Notes: a model not told the origin generated them from the letters alone. A stretch of DNA of 64,000 nucleotides from Octopus sinensis (GCF_006345805.1 NC_043008.1:55242001-55306000); one strand, 5' to 3'. Positions 11,009-25,054 are shown, numbered from the stretch's first letter. Made by a program: numbers and translations.

Positions 11009-11099
11009 CCACATGAAAGAAATGATATTGACCATCAAGACGTTATTCCCAAACAACCAGTTGGTCTTCAGAATGAACAAAACTTACAAATTCAACCAG
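11009..11099 (+). CDS. Exon B (PHERNDIDHQDVIPKQPVGLQNEQNLQIQP)
   Basis: T-rich tract and TAG acceptor ending 11008; phase-0 entry matches exon A; donor CAG|GTGATT in phase 1 matches exon C. Confidence 0.8.
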
Positions 11100-11122
11100 G
11101 TGATTGAAATTTGTTTCATTTT

Positions 11123-11129
11123 ACTCTCT

Positions 11130-11221
<92 letters not shown>

Positions 11222-11260
11222 TCTGTGCGTGCATGCATGTGTGTGTGTGCGTGCGTGCCT
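11123..11260. repeat. (CT)n followed by (GT)n-like microsatellite
   Basis: Direct reading; starts ~25 nt after the exon B donor. Confidence 0.95.
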
Positions 11261-11309
11261 GAAAGAATTAATGAAACAGTTATCATTGAACTAAAGAAAG
11301 ATTCAGGCC

Positions 11310-11389
11310 TAGTGTCTTCTACTATAGCCTCGGACCGACCAAAGCCTTGTGAGTGGATTTGGTAGACGGAAACTGAAAGAAGCCTGTCG

Positions 11390-11426
<37 letters not shown>

Positions 11427-11637
11427 TTGTGTCTGTGTTTATCCCCCCAACAACGCTTGACAACCGATGCTGGTATGTTTACGTCCCCGTTACTTGGCGG
11501 TTCGGCAAAAGAGACCGATAGAATAAGTACTAGGCTTACAAAGAATAAGTCCTGGGGTCGATTTGCTCGACTAAAAGGCGGTGCTCCAGCATGGCCGCAG
11601 TCAAATGACTGAAACAAGTAAAAGAGTAAAGAGAGTA
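11310..11637 (+). mobile_element. SINE family A, 5'-truncated
   Basis: gtgtcttctactatagcctcggaccgacc...gaaacaagtaaaagagtaaagag. Confidence 0.88.
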
Positions 11638-12289
11638 ACAATATAAATGCTGCAAAGCTAAAACTGGCTGTGATGTTAGCACATCAAGCAGAAGTTCTTC
11701 TCCAATGTTTTTTGCATGTTCTTCATTTTCTCATTGTCTGTAGACAGTGTGAGGTTCTTCAAAATGTTTCAATACTATCTGACCTATGCCCTCCTCTCGA
11801 TGCACATACGTCTGTTTCTTTCTCTTATTAGTATTCATCTCAATGCTTCTTTTGCATACTGTTGATCTGGCTGCTACTGGTCTTAACCAGTTGCAAAATT
11901 TCATTTCATTTCATCACTGTCTTAGAGTCTTTGTGCTCATGTTCTTCTTCATTCCTCATATGACTGTGGTTCAAAATTATAAGGCATTTCATCAAGCACC
12001 CTTGAGGAAATGCATCCAACATTTTGGTGATGTGAGTGTCTGAAAATTGAATTTGTTTATAGCATAATTATGTGCTATGTAAAAAGCATTGGTGTGAGTG
12101 CTGGTGCCTGATGCCTTTTCTAACACCAACCGTTACCACTTTACAGTGAGTGCTAGGTCAGCACTAGTGAGATCACCGTGCAGTTCACACGACAACAAAA
12201 CACAAGGGGATGGAATTTTATGAGGAGATGAGGAGTCAAAGTATGAAAGGAGGGACTGAGGGGCATGCAAGTTCTTGTTGTAGTTGAGT

Positions 12290-13175
12290 AAGTGTGTGTG
12301 TCTTAGTGTTTGTCCCCCACCACTGCTTGACAGCAGGTGTTGGTTTATTCACATCCCTGTAATTGAGCAGTTTGACAAAAATACTCAAAAAATAAGTACC
12401 AGACTGGAAAATAAGTGTTGGGGTTAATTTGTTAGATTAATTTCTTCAAGGAGGTGCCCCATCATGGCCATAGCCCAGTGGCTGAAACAAATAATAAGTA
12501 AAAGATACATACGTGAGTGATACAAGCTCCCAACACTCTTTTCATATCTATTACAATAAAAGTGATTTTATCCGAAATGTTAGTCTTCTACATCATCTCA
12601 AAACATTGAGACTCTCCTCAAACCAGTGAGGAAGACTGTTAGAAATAATAGCCTGTTTCCCTCAAATCTTTTCTTACCATTTTTAAAAGGGAAGGATGCA
12701 TTGAATAATATAGTTCTAAATATGCTATGATTGAAGAAAAATAATCATTGGGAAGGTCTTGGCTGGAATAGTTTTGATCCTAAGTTTGCTTTATCAGCAT
12801 TGATTAGGGATGAAATAACAACAGATTTTTTCAACCTTTCCAAATTGTTTACATGGGTTACCTCCCCTAATTCTATACACACACCACACACACACCTCAG
12901 GCTGACCAAAGCCTTGTGAATGGATTTGGTGGACGGAAACTGAAAGAAGCCCATCATATGTATATATATGTGTGTGTGTTTGTGTGTCTGTGTTTGTTCT
13001 CCCATCATCACTTAACAACCAATGCTGGTGTGTTCATGTTCCCGTAACTAAGCAGTTCGGCAAAAGAGACTGATAGAATAAGTACTAGGCTTACAAGTTC
13101 TGGGGCTGATTTGTTCGACTAAAGGCAGTGCTCCAGCAAGGCCGCAGTCAAATGACTGAAGCAAGTAAAAGAATA
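12290..13175 (+). mobile_element. Two partial SINE family A copies (12290-12505, 12900-13175)
   Basis: Body and tail motifs match other family A copies. Confidence 0.75.
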
Positions 13176-14010
13176 GAATATGCAATAGAAGTAGTATTAG
13201 ATTAAAATAGCTAACTGTGTATCATACTTATTGTAAAGACATCATGAAAGGTAAATTTATTGTGATACTCAAAAACACAATATATATATCTATACGTATA
13301 AATGTGACATGGGAGATTCTTTCTTGTCTTGGGATTCAAGGTGAAATGGCTGGGTGGAAGTGCACGAAAAATTACACATCTGTGTAGAATGATCTGGTGC
13401 TGATGCTGGGCTTTGTATTTTTTCATAGCTCCCATGGTTACCAAGATAATCTACTATAATAATACTCTTGTGTTTATGAATGAGAAAGGAAGGTGTGATA
13501 GATGAATAAGTAAGGAAGGGTTGATGTCATACTTGGTAGTGGGATGATGAAAATTGTATGCTGAAAAAAATAAATCAGACAGCGTTTCAACTCTGTGTGA
13601 ATATATGTGTGTGTATGTAAAGAGGGGTATATAAATGTGTTTATGTGTACATGTGTAATGGAAGTGGGATGGTTCATCTTTGTTCGCTTAATATTTGGGT
13701 TTATTTTTTGATTTAGTTGAATCTTGGTTGTTGTTTTTTTTTTTGATCAGTTACTTTTAGCCTTTTGGCAGAAAAAAGTCATTCTAAAATTGTTTTTTAA
13801 CGTAAGCATGCCCAAACAAGTCGAATGCTTACACAGAGCAGGTTTAACAGCCACATCATCCAAACCAACTGGGTGAAACCGGGCTTAGCTGCTAGTATGT
13901 ATATATATATATATAATAATAATAAATATTAGGGAATAAATCCAAATTTACAGGGAAAAATCAGATTTAGGATTGAATCCAATTTTATAGTAAAATATAA
14001 TATAATAATA

Positions 14011-14204
14011 ATATAATATTAATTAGAGACAAAACCACTATTATGCAAATCAAACAAAGAAAAACTTAATCCAATACATAAAAAATTTTATATAATTTAA
14101 TATAAATTAAATATAATTAATTATATTTTATTTATATCAAATTTTTTATGTATTGGATTAAGTCTTTCTTTGTTTGATTTGCATAATAGTGGTTTTGTCT
14201 CTAA

Positions 14205-14216
<12 letters not shown>
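14011..14216. repeat. 78-bp-arm inverted repeat (1 mismatch) in a (TA)n-flanked insert
   Basis: 14011-14088 versus 14139-14216, with an AT-rich quasi-palindromic centre. Confidence 0.85.
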
Positions 14217-14252
<36 letters not shown>

Positions 14253-14411
14253 CTCTCTCTTTCGGAGAGGCACTGAGCAGCTATACGCACACATACACAC
14301 ACGTCAGTAACTTCCACCTACCAAATTCAATCACATAGCTCCGGTCGGCTCGGGGCTATAGCGGAAGACACCTACCCAAAGTGCCACGCAGTGGGACTGA
14401 ACCCGAAACCA

Positions 14412-14445
<34 letters not shown>

Positions 14446-14446
<1 letters not shown>

Positions 14447-14856
14447 CTAGAAATAAGAGCTAAAATGCTCTAATGCTGTGGTCAAAACACTTAATTATAT
14501 ACATACATACTAACAGGGACCATAATCGCCTGAAAGCAGCGGTTGAGATATCCCCATACCTGTTGGTCAGTCTCAGCTTTTTGTTGTAGCCTCCTCACTG
14601 GGATTGGCTCAATTTATGATTTACTAAATCATCCACAGATTTCTGTTGTGTAAACATAGATACTGGCAGTGATTTTTGTCCAGAGTCAGCCAAGTTAAAC
14701 CCGACCCCACTGAAAAGGCTACTGCAAAAAGCTGAAACTGACCGATCAGTATGAGGATAGCTCAACTGCTGCTTCCGGGCGATTACAGTCCCTGTTAGTA
14801 TGTATACAATTATGTGCTTTGCCCGCAACATTAATGCTTTAGCTCTTATTTCTAGC
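14446..14856. mobile_element. Long-TIR MITE (~145-bp diverged arms)
   Basis: gctagaaataagagctaaa...gtagcct (14446-14592) versus aggctac...tttagctcttatttctagc (14716-14856). Confidence 0.8.
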
Positions 14857-14948
14857 AATGTTGTGTTTCTAGCACCTTAGTTATACTTAATGAGAATTAT
14901 AGTTTTCCTTTTTCGTAAAACATTGCACACTGCCCCCTATATTAATTA

Positions 14949-15345
14949 TCTATATATATAAAGCTGAAGTTGTCTGTGTGTGGCAGGTTTGGTAGCTTTC
15001 AACTAACACTATCTCCTCCGAGACCCTGCAGTGCAAGTTGACCAAAATTGAAAGTATGATAGAAGAAGGCTTGCTCTTCATTCCGTAGAAGATAAAATTC
15101 AAATCAGACCATGTTAAGACCAAAAATTATTTACATCAAAAAGGTGCTTTTTTTCTATGAAGATCCCTATTTTTTTACGATTTTTTGACTGCTGTGTCAC
15201 TATTTTTCGGTGTATTTCAACCAGGAAAATGTTCACTTAAAGAGAATAACAAACTACATAATGCAAAATTTTTACTTTTCAAAAATTCCAGTTCTAAAGG
15301 GTTGAAAAGAAAACAAACCTGAGCAACGCCGGGCGATACTTCTAG
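14949..15345 (+). mobile_element. Non-autonomous Helitron
   Basis: A|TCTATATATATAAAG start, CCTGAGCAACGCCGGGCGATACTTCTAG|T end, no TSD. Confidence 0.88.
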
Positions 15346-15477
15346 TTTATATATATGCATAAATATGTCTGTGTATCCTTTTCAAATGTCACAATACTAT
15401 TTGTATTAGCTTTCTAGATATGTAGCTTTTGTTTTGTTTTCATTGTTATTAGACATAATTATATTACATATTTACAG

Positions 15478-15644
15478 CACAACCAGCCTTTGGAGATAAT
15501 TTACATCATGGTGCAGACCTTGATCACGACAAAGATGCTGAGGCTAACAACTTGGCTTTACAAAAACAGGAAATTTTTAATCGGCAACATGAAGGTGCTA
15601 ATGACCATAACCAGGTTCAACCCCCAATGAATGATAAAATTGAT
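15478..15644 (+). CDS. Exon C (AQPAFGDNLHHGADLDHDKDAEANNLALQKQEIFNRQHEGANDHNQVQPPMNDKID)
   Basis: TTTACAG acceptor ending 15477; phase-1 entry matches exon B; open frame; donor GAT|GTAAGT, phase 0. Confidence 0.85.
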
Positions 15645-16042
15645 GTAAGTATCTTTTTTTTTTTTTTTTTTTGCTATATTTCAGAGGGGCATGCGGATTG
15701 ACACAAATTCACTTCAAAGTTGGGGTCTGTCAAAGTTGTGGTTTTCTTTCTCATGCTCTTTTTTTATATTTTATGTGGCATTTTTTCTTTTTATGTGGTG
15801 AGCTTATATGGTTCAATTTTATGTCATTTATGTTTATTATTTTTTTTTTTCTTGATTTTTCATATGTGAAAGATAATTTTTGTTTGCTATAATAAAAAAG
15901 AAAGAAAAAAGCTATATATCAATTAGCGTTTAAATAGGGATATATAGATTGTTAGATAGTTAAATAATTGAAAATAAGCTATATCGAAACATTATTATTT
16001 TCATTATTATTATTATCATTATTATTATTATTATTATTATTA

Positions 16043-16465
16043 AGGCAGTGAGCTGGCAGAATTGTTAGCATGCTAGGCAAAATGCTTAGCAGCATTTTGT
16101 CCATCTCTACACTCTGAGTTCAAATTCCACTGATGTTTACTATGCCTTTCATCCTTTCAGGGCTGATAAATTAATTACCAGTGAAACACTTGAGTTAATG
16201 TAATCAACTAGTCCCCTCCCCCAAAATTTCGGGCCTTGTGCCTTTAGTGGAAAGGATTGTTATTATTATTATTATTAAAGCAGAGAGCTGACAGAATTGT
16301 TGGCACGCCAGGGCAAAATATTGAACAGCATTTCGTCTATCTTTACAGCCTGAGTTCCTTTCAGGGTCGGGTCGATAAAATAAGGACCAATTGAGTGCTG
16401 GAATTGATGTAATTGACTTATCTTCTCTCCCAACATCACTGGCCCTGTGTGAAAGTTTGAAATTA
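16043..16465 (+). mobile_element. Two SINE family B (short form) copies separated by (ATT)n
   Basis: aaggcagtgagctggcagaattgttagc...gagttcaaattcc...ggccttgtgcc tail, twice. Confidence 0.8.
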
Positions 16466-16876
16466 TTATTGACATCTTAAGAATTTAGAAAATTCAAGAA
16501 CCGTGAAATAATTGTTTTTAGGAAGCAACCTTTGAGTTTTACTATTAAAAGTGTGTTTTAAACCAATATTTACAACTATTATTTGTAGATTATCTGCTTC
16601 AAGATTTATTTGTCCTAAAAAAGAATTATTTCACATTCTCTCAATGTTTCTAACTTCTTATGACATCAACAACATACAGTTCTCACTGGTAAACATAAAT
16701 TCTTTAAAACGATAAAGCAATTCGAATGATTACTTTGGTTCAATAGTAGAAAGCCTGTCATGTTTACAGGAGATTTGGGACAATTAACTCTTTCTAGCCA
16801 AAGGGGTTTTAAACCAATATTTACATGCTGTTATTTATGCCTTTATTTGCTTCAACTTTCACCATTCCTAAATAGA

Positions 16877-16920
<44 letters not shown>

Positions 16921-16921
<1 letters not shown>

Positions 16922-17385
16922 GAGTGAGAGAGCAGTGCATGCCATCAAAGTGACACTGGGGTAAAATATACGAAGCCCAGTATACCCATCATCACAACCA
17001 TATGTGCGCAACAAGGTGATCTCATATCAAGATAAACAGTACATGACCTTGCAGGTGGGGCTCAGAATTTTCTTCTGGTCGAGTAGCCCATCCCACTCAA
17101 AAGGTCCCTGAATAAGGGTTGTTTAAGGATGTTGAACAAAACACCCATGAATTCCTCTCAACACATGGCTATGATTCTCCCCCACTACTTCTGCTCATGA
17201 TAAGAGATGCACATATTGTCAGCCACTAAGGGACATGCTCAACTGATTAAGGTCAAACAACTGACAAGCAAATCTGTGGTATTGAGCAGAATATTTGCTG
17301 TAGCCCATCTTTTATACCAAGACAAAACAATGTGCATGATAACACTTCCAATCTGTTAAGCTCAGAAGCCATGAGAGCCACTGTC

Positions 17386-17386
<1 letters not shown>
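16921..17386 (+). repeat. Interspersed repeat E, (ATT)n-flanked on both sides
   Basis: Collinear with 60781-61328. Confidence 0.85.
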
Positions 17387-17420
<34 letters not shown>

Positions 17421-18103
17421 CACTAGGCTAAATACTTAGTGGTATTTCATCTGCTGCTACATTCCAAGTTCAAATTCCACTCAGGTGTACTTTGCCTTTC
17501 ACCCTTTTGGGGGTCGATAAATTAAGTACCAGTGAAACACTGGGGTCAGTGTAATTGACTCTCTCCGTCCCCCAAATTTCAGGCCTTGAGCCTATAGTAG
17601 AAAGGGTTATTATTATTTTAAGTATGCACCTGCTAAATGGAGAGCGTGAGAGAGAGTTCATACCTTTGGTGGTCAGGGTAATCCTGGATCTGTGTAGTTC
17701 CTTGATTGGCCCTAGCTAGAGTTTCTCCTGAATCAGGACAGCATCATCCTTATTATTCCACACTTTGTATACTGTGTATACTTTTATGGCATTTCACCAT
17801 CTTTTCCATTTCTTTCTCCCCCATCCTTTATGTAAATCCCGCGCATATTGTTGTCCGTTCTTGTGATGTCCCCTTCATCTATGCCCTTGTGGTTGATAAA
17901 AGAAATTATTATTGTTAATGTTATTAAGGTGGCAAGCTGGCAGAATCGTCCATCTTCACGGTTTGAGTTCAAACTCCACCGAGGTCAACTTTACTTTCGG
18001 GGTTGATAAATTAAATATCACTGAAATATTGGGATCGAGGTAATTGACTAGTCCCCTTCCCCCAAATTTCAGACCATATAGAAAGGATTAAAGAAATCAT
18101 TCT

Positions 18104-18145
<42 letters not shown>

Positions 18146-19204
18146 GTGTAGTAGTAGTAGTGGTAGTTTACTTGGCTGTATATTTATGCATTCATACATC
18201 CACCATTCACGCAAGATAAAAATTGAATAAAAGGAAATATTTTTATTCCAAAACTTTAAACTATAGTAAAAAGTAAATTATATAAAATGAAAAGGAGTAA
18301 ATTATATAAAAATGCCAAAGAAGGAACAAATTGTATCTCTTTGTATAAAACAATTCTTTAGACATTTCAATAAATCTGGGCAGGCAGGTGTCAAAGAAAA
18401 AATGAATTTGAGTGAGGTACGTTTAAAAACAAAGGCTGTGTCAGAGAATGTAGGAAAAGATGGGTGGTGATAGCTAAAAGAATTTTATCATAGGACAGGC
18501 TACAACAACAAAACATGTTTCCAACTATTGAACTATCCTCTATGTCAGTGCTTCTCAGCCCTTCCCCTGTAATACATTTATATATCTGTGTCTGTGTGTG
18601 TGTGTTGCCTCGTGTCATCACATTTGTCACTTTTTAAGTAAAAGCAGTGACACTTTTTCATGTTTCCTGTAAACTATGTTCTGTTGCTCAGTGGTTTTGC
18701 CATTTTAAACACAACTGAAGGCTAGTGAATAAAAATATCTTATTTGAATAACAAGTAGGGGTTAGTGACTGCAAGAGCATCCAGCCATAGAAAATTTGCT
18801 TCTGTAAGTTTTTTCTAAACTATGACATCATGCAAAAAGTAGGCATAAAACTAACAGTGATGTATAGATATATATATATATGTTTGTATGTATCTATGTT
18901 TGTTGGTTTGTTCATTTATTCTCATCTGTTTTTAATTATCTGAAGTTTTCTTACAAGAAAGGAGCTGGTTTCTTACAGTGATACAAAGCTCCATCATTGG
19001 AATATCGATAACAAAAACAATGTCACATTTTGAACTTGAGAAAAGTCTTGCGTATTTTTATTGTTCTGCTTACTACTGATTGTATTTGTAACATGGATGT
19101 TAGCCGGTTGATTTCTTTTACTGAAAACCTTAGCTTTTCCAGGTTGTCATTCAGGTATTTATTGACAATACCAAATGCACCAACTATTGTTGGTATAAGT
19201 TTAA

Positions 19205-19423
19205 CCCTTTAGTGTTCAGATTATTCTATCAAACATAATACCTATTGATTCACATTGATTTGAATTAATCATGCATTATCTCATATCTTCAAGATGTTGA
19301 TGGTGTAATTACTTAATGTAGAATAACATTGTAGGGTAGGTGTGAGAGCCTGGATCTGGTCAGTTTGAACATAAAACAGATTAACTATTTTGGCCGGATA
19401 TGGCCGGTTTAAATACTAAAGGG
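19205..19423. mobile_element. piggyBac-type MITE
   Basis: TTAA|CCCTTTAG...CTAAAGGG|TTAA; decayed relatives at 21416-21639, 44335-44534 and 59564-59784. Confidence 0.8.
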
Positions 19424-20282
19424 TTAAACTTATAATCTGGATATAGAAGCTGAAAGTTTTGAAGCAGTGGTCCATAGTAACATTCTTTCTCTTTGATTTT
19501 ACAAAGACATTTTCACATATGTGGTGCCTCTTTTCTCCATGACTGTACATGCTTTTTCCTGTCTATCTCAAACAATGATATCCAGTCAGCAGTGTGTGTG
19601 AGTGTGTGAACAATTTTTCTCAGGAGTGTTCAAGGCTGTCACTAACAAAACAACAAAAGTTTTTGAGTTAAAAGAGTTCCTGATGTTTGTAAATATGTGG
19701 TTGAGTAGATGAGTTGGTTGAACTGTCGATGAATACACCCAAGTGTGTGCATCTATTCACATGAGAATCTCATATAGAGAATCTTTGAAATGTGTCACAA
19801 ATCTTCACTGTGCTGCTAATGGATTGGATTTGGAAAATCCATATCGGTTTCTTTTGCTTTCTCTTTGTGAATCTGAATATTTCTAGATTTTTGTGCAAAT
19901 TTGTTGGTAAATATCTTAATGCACTTATGATGATTGTTTACAAATGAGAATCTCTAGTCAGAGTACAAGTGTAAGTTCCACATTAATTTACCATAAGTGT
20001 TTTTTTCCTTGGACTTTTGATTGTACATTCGCATTCACTATGCAAGTATATATGTGTGTGCATGCATGCATGTATTCTGTTGTACGAATTATGTGAGACA
20101 AAAAGAGATAACTCAATACAAAGCAGATTGTAGTATGTGTTGTATATAATCTCCAAGACTGGTAATTAATAAGGTTTTCACCAAGTGGTCATATAATATC
20201 TCTGGAAAAGACATTAAGTAGCCATTTGATATAGCTCACTCTGAGTAATAACATTATTAGTCCCGAAGATCATTTTATATTT

Positions 20283-20560
20283 ATCATCATCATTATTATC
20301 AATGTTTAACTTCCGCTTTTCATGCTGGTATGGGTTGGACAGTTTGAGTGAGGACTGGCAAGCCAGGAGGCAGCACCAGGTTTCAATCTGATTTGGCAAG
20401 GTTTCTACAGTTGGATGCCTTTCCGAGAGTGTAGTAGGTGCTTTTTACGTACCACTGGCGCAGGAGCCAGTCAGGCATCACTGGCATCGACCATGCTCGA
20501 ATGGTGCTTTTTACATGCCACCAGCACTGGTGCCAGTCAGGTGGCACTGGCATCAGCCAC
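20283..20560 (-). mobile_element. SINE-like family D with (GAT)n tail
   Basis: catcatcatt...ttccgcttttcatgctggtatgggttggac...ggatgcctttcc; same family as 25055, 45100 and 52930. Confidence 0.75.
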
Positions 20561-22032
20561 AATTATGATTTTGAGATATGAATAAAATTGTTGTGTCTTG
20601 CGAGGGTCATTATGCCAAGAATTTTTGAAACCGAATGCAAAAGCAATTTTGTGTGTATGTGTCCATGGTTGTAGTTATTAATCCCTGCATGTCCCATGGC
20701 TTAGCAATGTGTATGCTTACATAATACCCATTCAACTATTTCCCCCTCCCTCCATGACTTCCTCCTTCTTTTCACTTCCAGATTTAATTTGATAAAGATG
20801 GTGAATACTGATGTTTACGAGCCAACCATGGCAAACTTGACCTCCAGTACAAAATGAAAGTGATGTAGTAATAAAGAAAGGAAACATCTTTAGCAATCAA
20901 CAATAATACTGCACACACACACACACATACAAGCTTGCTTTCTAGCCTTGAGGTCCTGGATTCAGTCCCACTGCATGGCACCTTGAACAAGTGTGTTCTG
21001 CTTGGTTTTCTACTAGGTCCACTAAAGCCTTACGAATGGATTTGCTGGAATGGAAACTGAAAGAAGCTCATCATGTGTGTGTGAGTGTGTATGTGTGAGT
21101 GTGTGTGTGTGAGTGTGTATGTGTGAGTGTGTGTGTGTGTTACTGATAGCTTGTCTTGACCTCACATGGCAGTTGTAAGCGAATGTTACTATCATAGAAG
21201 TGGTGTCCTTCATTTCCAATCTTCTGTAAAAGCATGTTGGGTCACAGTGGCACTGAACCCCAAAACCATGTGATTCAGAAGCAACTGAATATTAAGTTTA
21301 ATTTTTTCCTGGCTTCAAATTCCTTCTGCCTATGTCACTTCCATTTTGTGCAAGATGTCAAGATCCGTATTGGTCAACTTAAAAAACAGATACAATTAAG
21401 CATCTTTACCATTAACTTTTTAGCACTGAGATTACCTGTCTAGCATAATGCTTCTTCATTCATTCACATCGTTTCCAATTATTCATTGATTATTCTGTAG
21501 CTCTGAGATTTCGATGATGTGATTGTTTTGTCTTTAGAATGACATTGTAGAGTAGGTGTGAGAGGCTGGATCTGGTTGGTTTGAATATAAAGCAGGTAGA
21601 ATATTCGAGTAAGATATGGCTGGTTTCAATGATAGTGGGTTCATTCATTTTAGAAACTATTTCTCTCTCTCTCTCTCATTTTACAAACCAAGATTAATAG
21701 TTGTGAGCTTTTTATGTTCCAGGTATTCTCTACCATTATCTGTCAATTATGTAATCTTGATTAATCTAATTTGCATGTAATTATAGCATCCTAATAGGTA
21801 ATATACCTGATGTACTAACACCAAGAGGTACCTGTTGCCATGATAACTTACATATTAAAAAATGTTTATTTGATTATAATTTTTTTGTATTTTTTTTACC
21901 TGTTTATTTATTTGTTTTCTCATAATAAACCCTTCTTTTTTCCCCCAGCCCTCTTAGGTCTGCTCAATCAGTGCTGACCTCGGTCTTAACAACATCAACA
22001 ACATTCCTTTTTCATCTTTGTTTATTCTTGAA

Positions 22033-22073
<41 letters not shown>

Positions 22074-25054
22074 TATTATTATTATTATTATTATTATTTA
22101 TTATTATTATTACTATCATCATAATCATCATTATTAATTTTAGTTAAGTGGCAAGCTGGCAGAACCGTTAGTATGCTAGACAAAATGCTTAGCAACATTT
22201 CATCTATCTTTACATTCTGAGTTCAAATCCTGCCATGGTTGACTGCCTTTCATCCTTTAGGGATCAATAAAATAAGGTACCAGTTGAACACTGGGATCAA
22301 TGTAAATGACTAAGCTCCTCCTCTGAAATTGCTGGCAAGGACGACTTTACCTTTCATCCTTTTGGGGTCAATAAAATAAGTACCAGTTGAACACTGGGGT
22401 CGATGTACTTGACTCATCCCCACCCCCAAAATTACTGCCCTTGTGGCAAAATTTGAAACCATCATTATTATTATTATTATTGTTAACAACAATGTAATTA
22501 TGATAGCAGGTATCATGTTTGCTAGTCTGTTTATCTGTTTCTCTTTCTCTTCTCTGGCTATCTTTCTAGCTTTTTTTTTTTACATCTATGTTAATATTAA
22601 TTTAAGGTTATTATTTTAAAGTTTAAAGAAAAGTAGAGAATTTATCAATAAGGAAACTAGAGTGAAATTTATTATGAAATTCATTTTAAATGGAACTTGT
22701 CACCTGTTGGCTTATATCTCTACCATTTGAGCAATTTTCTTAAGCTATACCTACCTGTGGAGGTATCAGTCTGTCCATCTATCCACCAACCTCCCTAATT
22801 ATCACCTATCTGTCTCTCATCTATCTATCTGACATAAGCATCTAATGTGTAGACTTCAACTTCAGGTTTCCAAACTCTAAAAACTGGTTTTGATCAAATG
22901 AGAGTAAGAAAAAAGAAAATATAATCCAATTAAATTGAGATGACCGAAATTGGAACAATTATTCTTTTCTACTCTAGGTACAAGGCTCAAAATTTTTGGG
23001 GAGGGTGTCAGTTGATTAGATCGACCTCAGTACACAACTGGTACTTAATTCTTAATTCATTGACCCCAAAAGGATGAAAGGCAAAGTCGACCTCGAGATT
23101 GGAACAATCATTGTAACACTACTGTTTATAGAATCCAGAAGAAAAATGAAAAACTATATCGCATTCTTATGAGTATGTTTTTAATATAAGCTGATACGGC
23201 TGTGGGCTTAAGAAGTTGCTTTGCAATCATGTAATACCTTGACAGTTTTATGGGCAAGTATGTGTCTTCTAGCATAGTCTTGAGATTGAAAATTTGCTTG
23301 ATCCTTTTGGTTGCTGTCACAGATTTAGAAATTTTTAAGATTAGGTGAAAATTTTCAAATTTGACATATTGATGCAATTTTTCATACTGAATCCAAAATT
23401 GGGGTTCGTTTATTCCAGAAGAGCATTTAGAAAATTATTACAGTGGTTCAAAGTTTGATCATTTTTAGCCAATCAGAAAACAGGATTCAGAACTTGTCAC
23501 TTTCTGCACGATAGCTGTCTGTCATGAGATGATTCTCAGCAAAACTTGTGGTAGTGGTTGCGATGGTGAGTGTCACATTTGCACACATACAGTGCCCTTG
23601 TTACAATGGAAACAGGGCAGACTACAGCTTTATTTGTTATTATGGAAACAGACACTACTGTTAGAATTATGGTCATGTGATTACATGATGGCTCTGCAGT
23701 TTCTTGGTGGCTTTTCTATTGGCTAAAATTGCCCCAAAGTTTGCAAATTTTAAAAGCTATTAATTTTTTATTTATTAATTTATGAAAAAAATTAATTTTA
23801 TTTTCATAATTAGCATATGAAACTAAATTGGTACGACCAGTAAAAACAAAATGTGTGTACTACATCGTATGAAATGTGGTTGGTTTTAGAATGTACCCTA
23901 ATATCAAAAACCAAGTTAACTCAGTTCCCATCTCTCAAGTACTCATGCATGGGCCCAAGTATACTCAATTCTTGTGCAATAAGGGTTAATAGTCCATTAC
24001 TGTGTTATTGATATGTATATTATTGATCCAAAATTATTGAAAGGCAAGAGTCATTGCTAGCAGGATTCAAACTCAGAATTCTGTAACTGATGAAGCTCAA
24101 TGATAATCAGGGTATCAGTAGTCTAATTAATACATTAATGAAGGTAGAAATGTATTATTTAGTTAATAATTTAAATTAGTTTGATATTATTATTATAAGT
24201 GGTTAATATTTTTGATAGGTGAAAATTTTTGAAGTTTTTGTTTATTTTTTTTGTTTTTATTTTTGTTTTACCAGTTTTCTATTGTGAACATTTTAAATTT
24301 ATTTAACTGTTATGATTAAACTAAAAAAAAGAGAGAAAACAAGAACTAACTGAAATATTGTTTATTGCTTTGAATTTTATTTCAGTTTAAATTTCAATTC
24401 CATTAAAAAAAAAAATGTATTCAATTAAATTTCTTCCCATCCTCCTCTTGAATGATTTGACTTTATGAAAATTCCTCCAGTTTTATTAATTTGAAAACTT
24501 TAAATTTAAAAAAAAGTGAAAAAGAAAAACTCTAGAGGTAAAAAGAAAAATTGATGCAGGAACTTGCTTTGAGGGATTATGTTTTGGGATGCATGCCAAC
24601 TGGTTTGATTGCATGTTGTTTTATCTTGTTTATGTAACGGTTTCACTGTCACATCATTGTTGTATAATGTGAACACCTACACAAAGACTAGTCAATATAG
24701 CCTTATTGTGAATGATTCCTAATGGTATTAAGAATCACAGGTGACATAATTATTTGTATACCTTCATTGAAATATATTTTATTGTATGTCTCTCAAATCA
24801 AGAATCTAGTTCAATAATCACATTATCCCACTCTAGAACCACTAATGGACACCAAGGTTATTGTAGTCCTCCTCCTCTTCTTCTTCTTCTTCTTCTTTGT
24901 GTTTGTATATTTGTATGTATACACATGCACACATATATGTGTATAAACAGTGGATTCTACTGTTGTAGACGACAGATGACGGTTCTGCAGTTTCTTGCAG
25001 AAAAACTGGCACAGTTTGGTTTGTTTATAGCGGTGAAATGTTTATCGTGATATA

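Noticed and set aside
11013-15630. Alternative frame open through exons B and C (MKEMIL...FNPQ*)
   Set aside because: Expected for sequence poor in Leu/Ile/Val/Met codons; incompatible with the phase of exon A.
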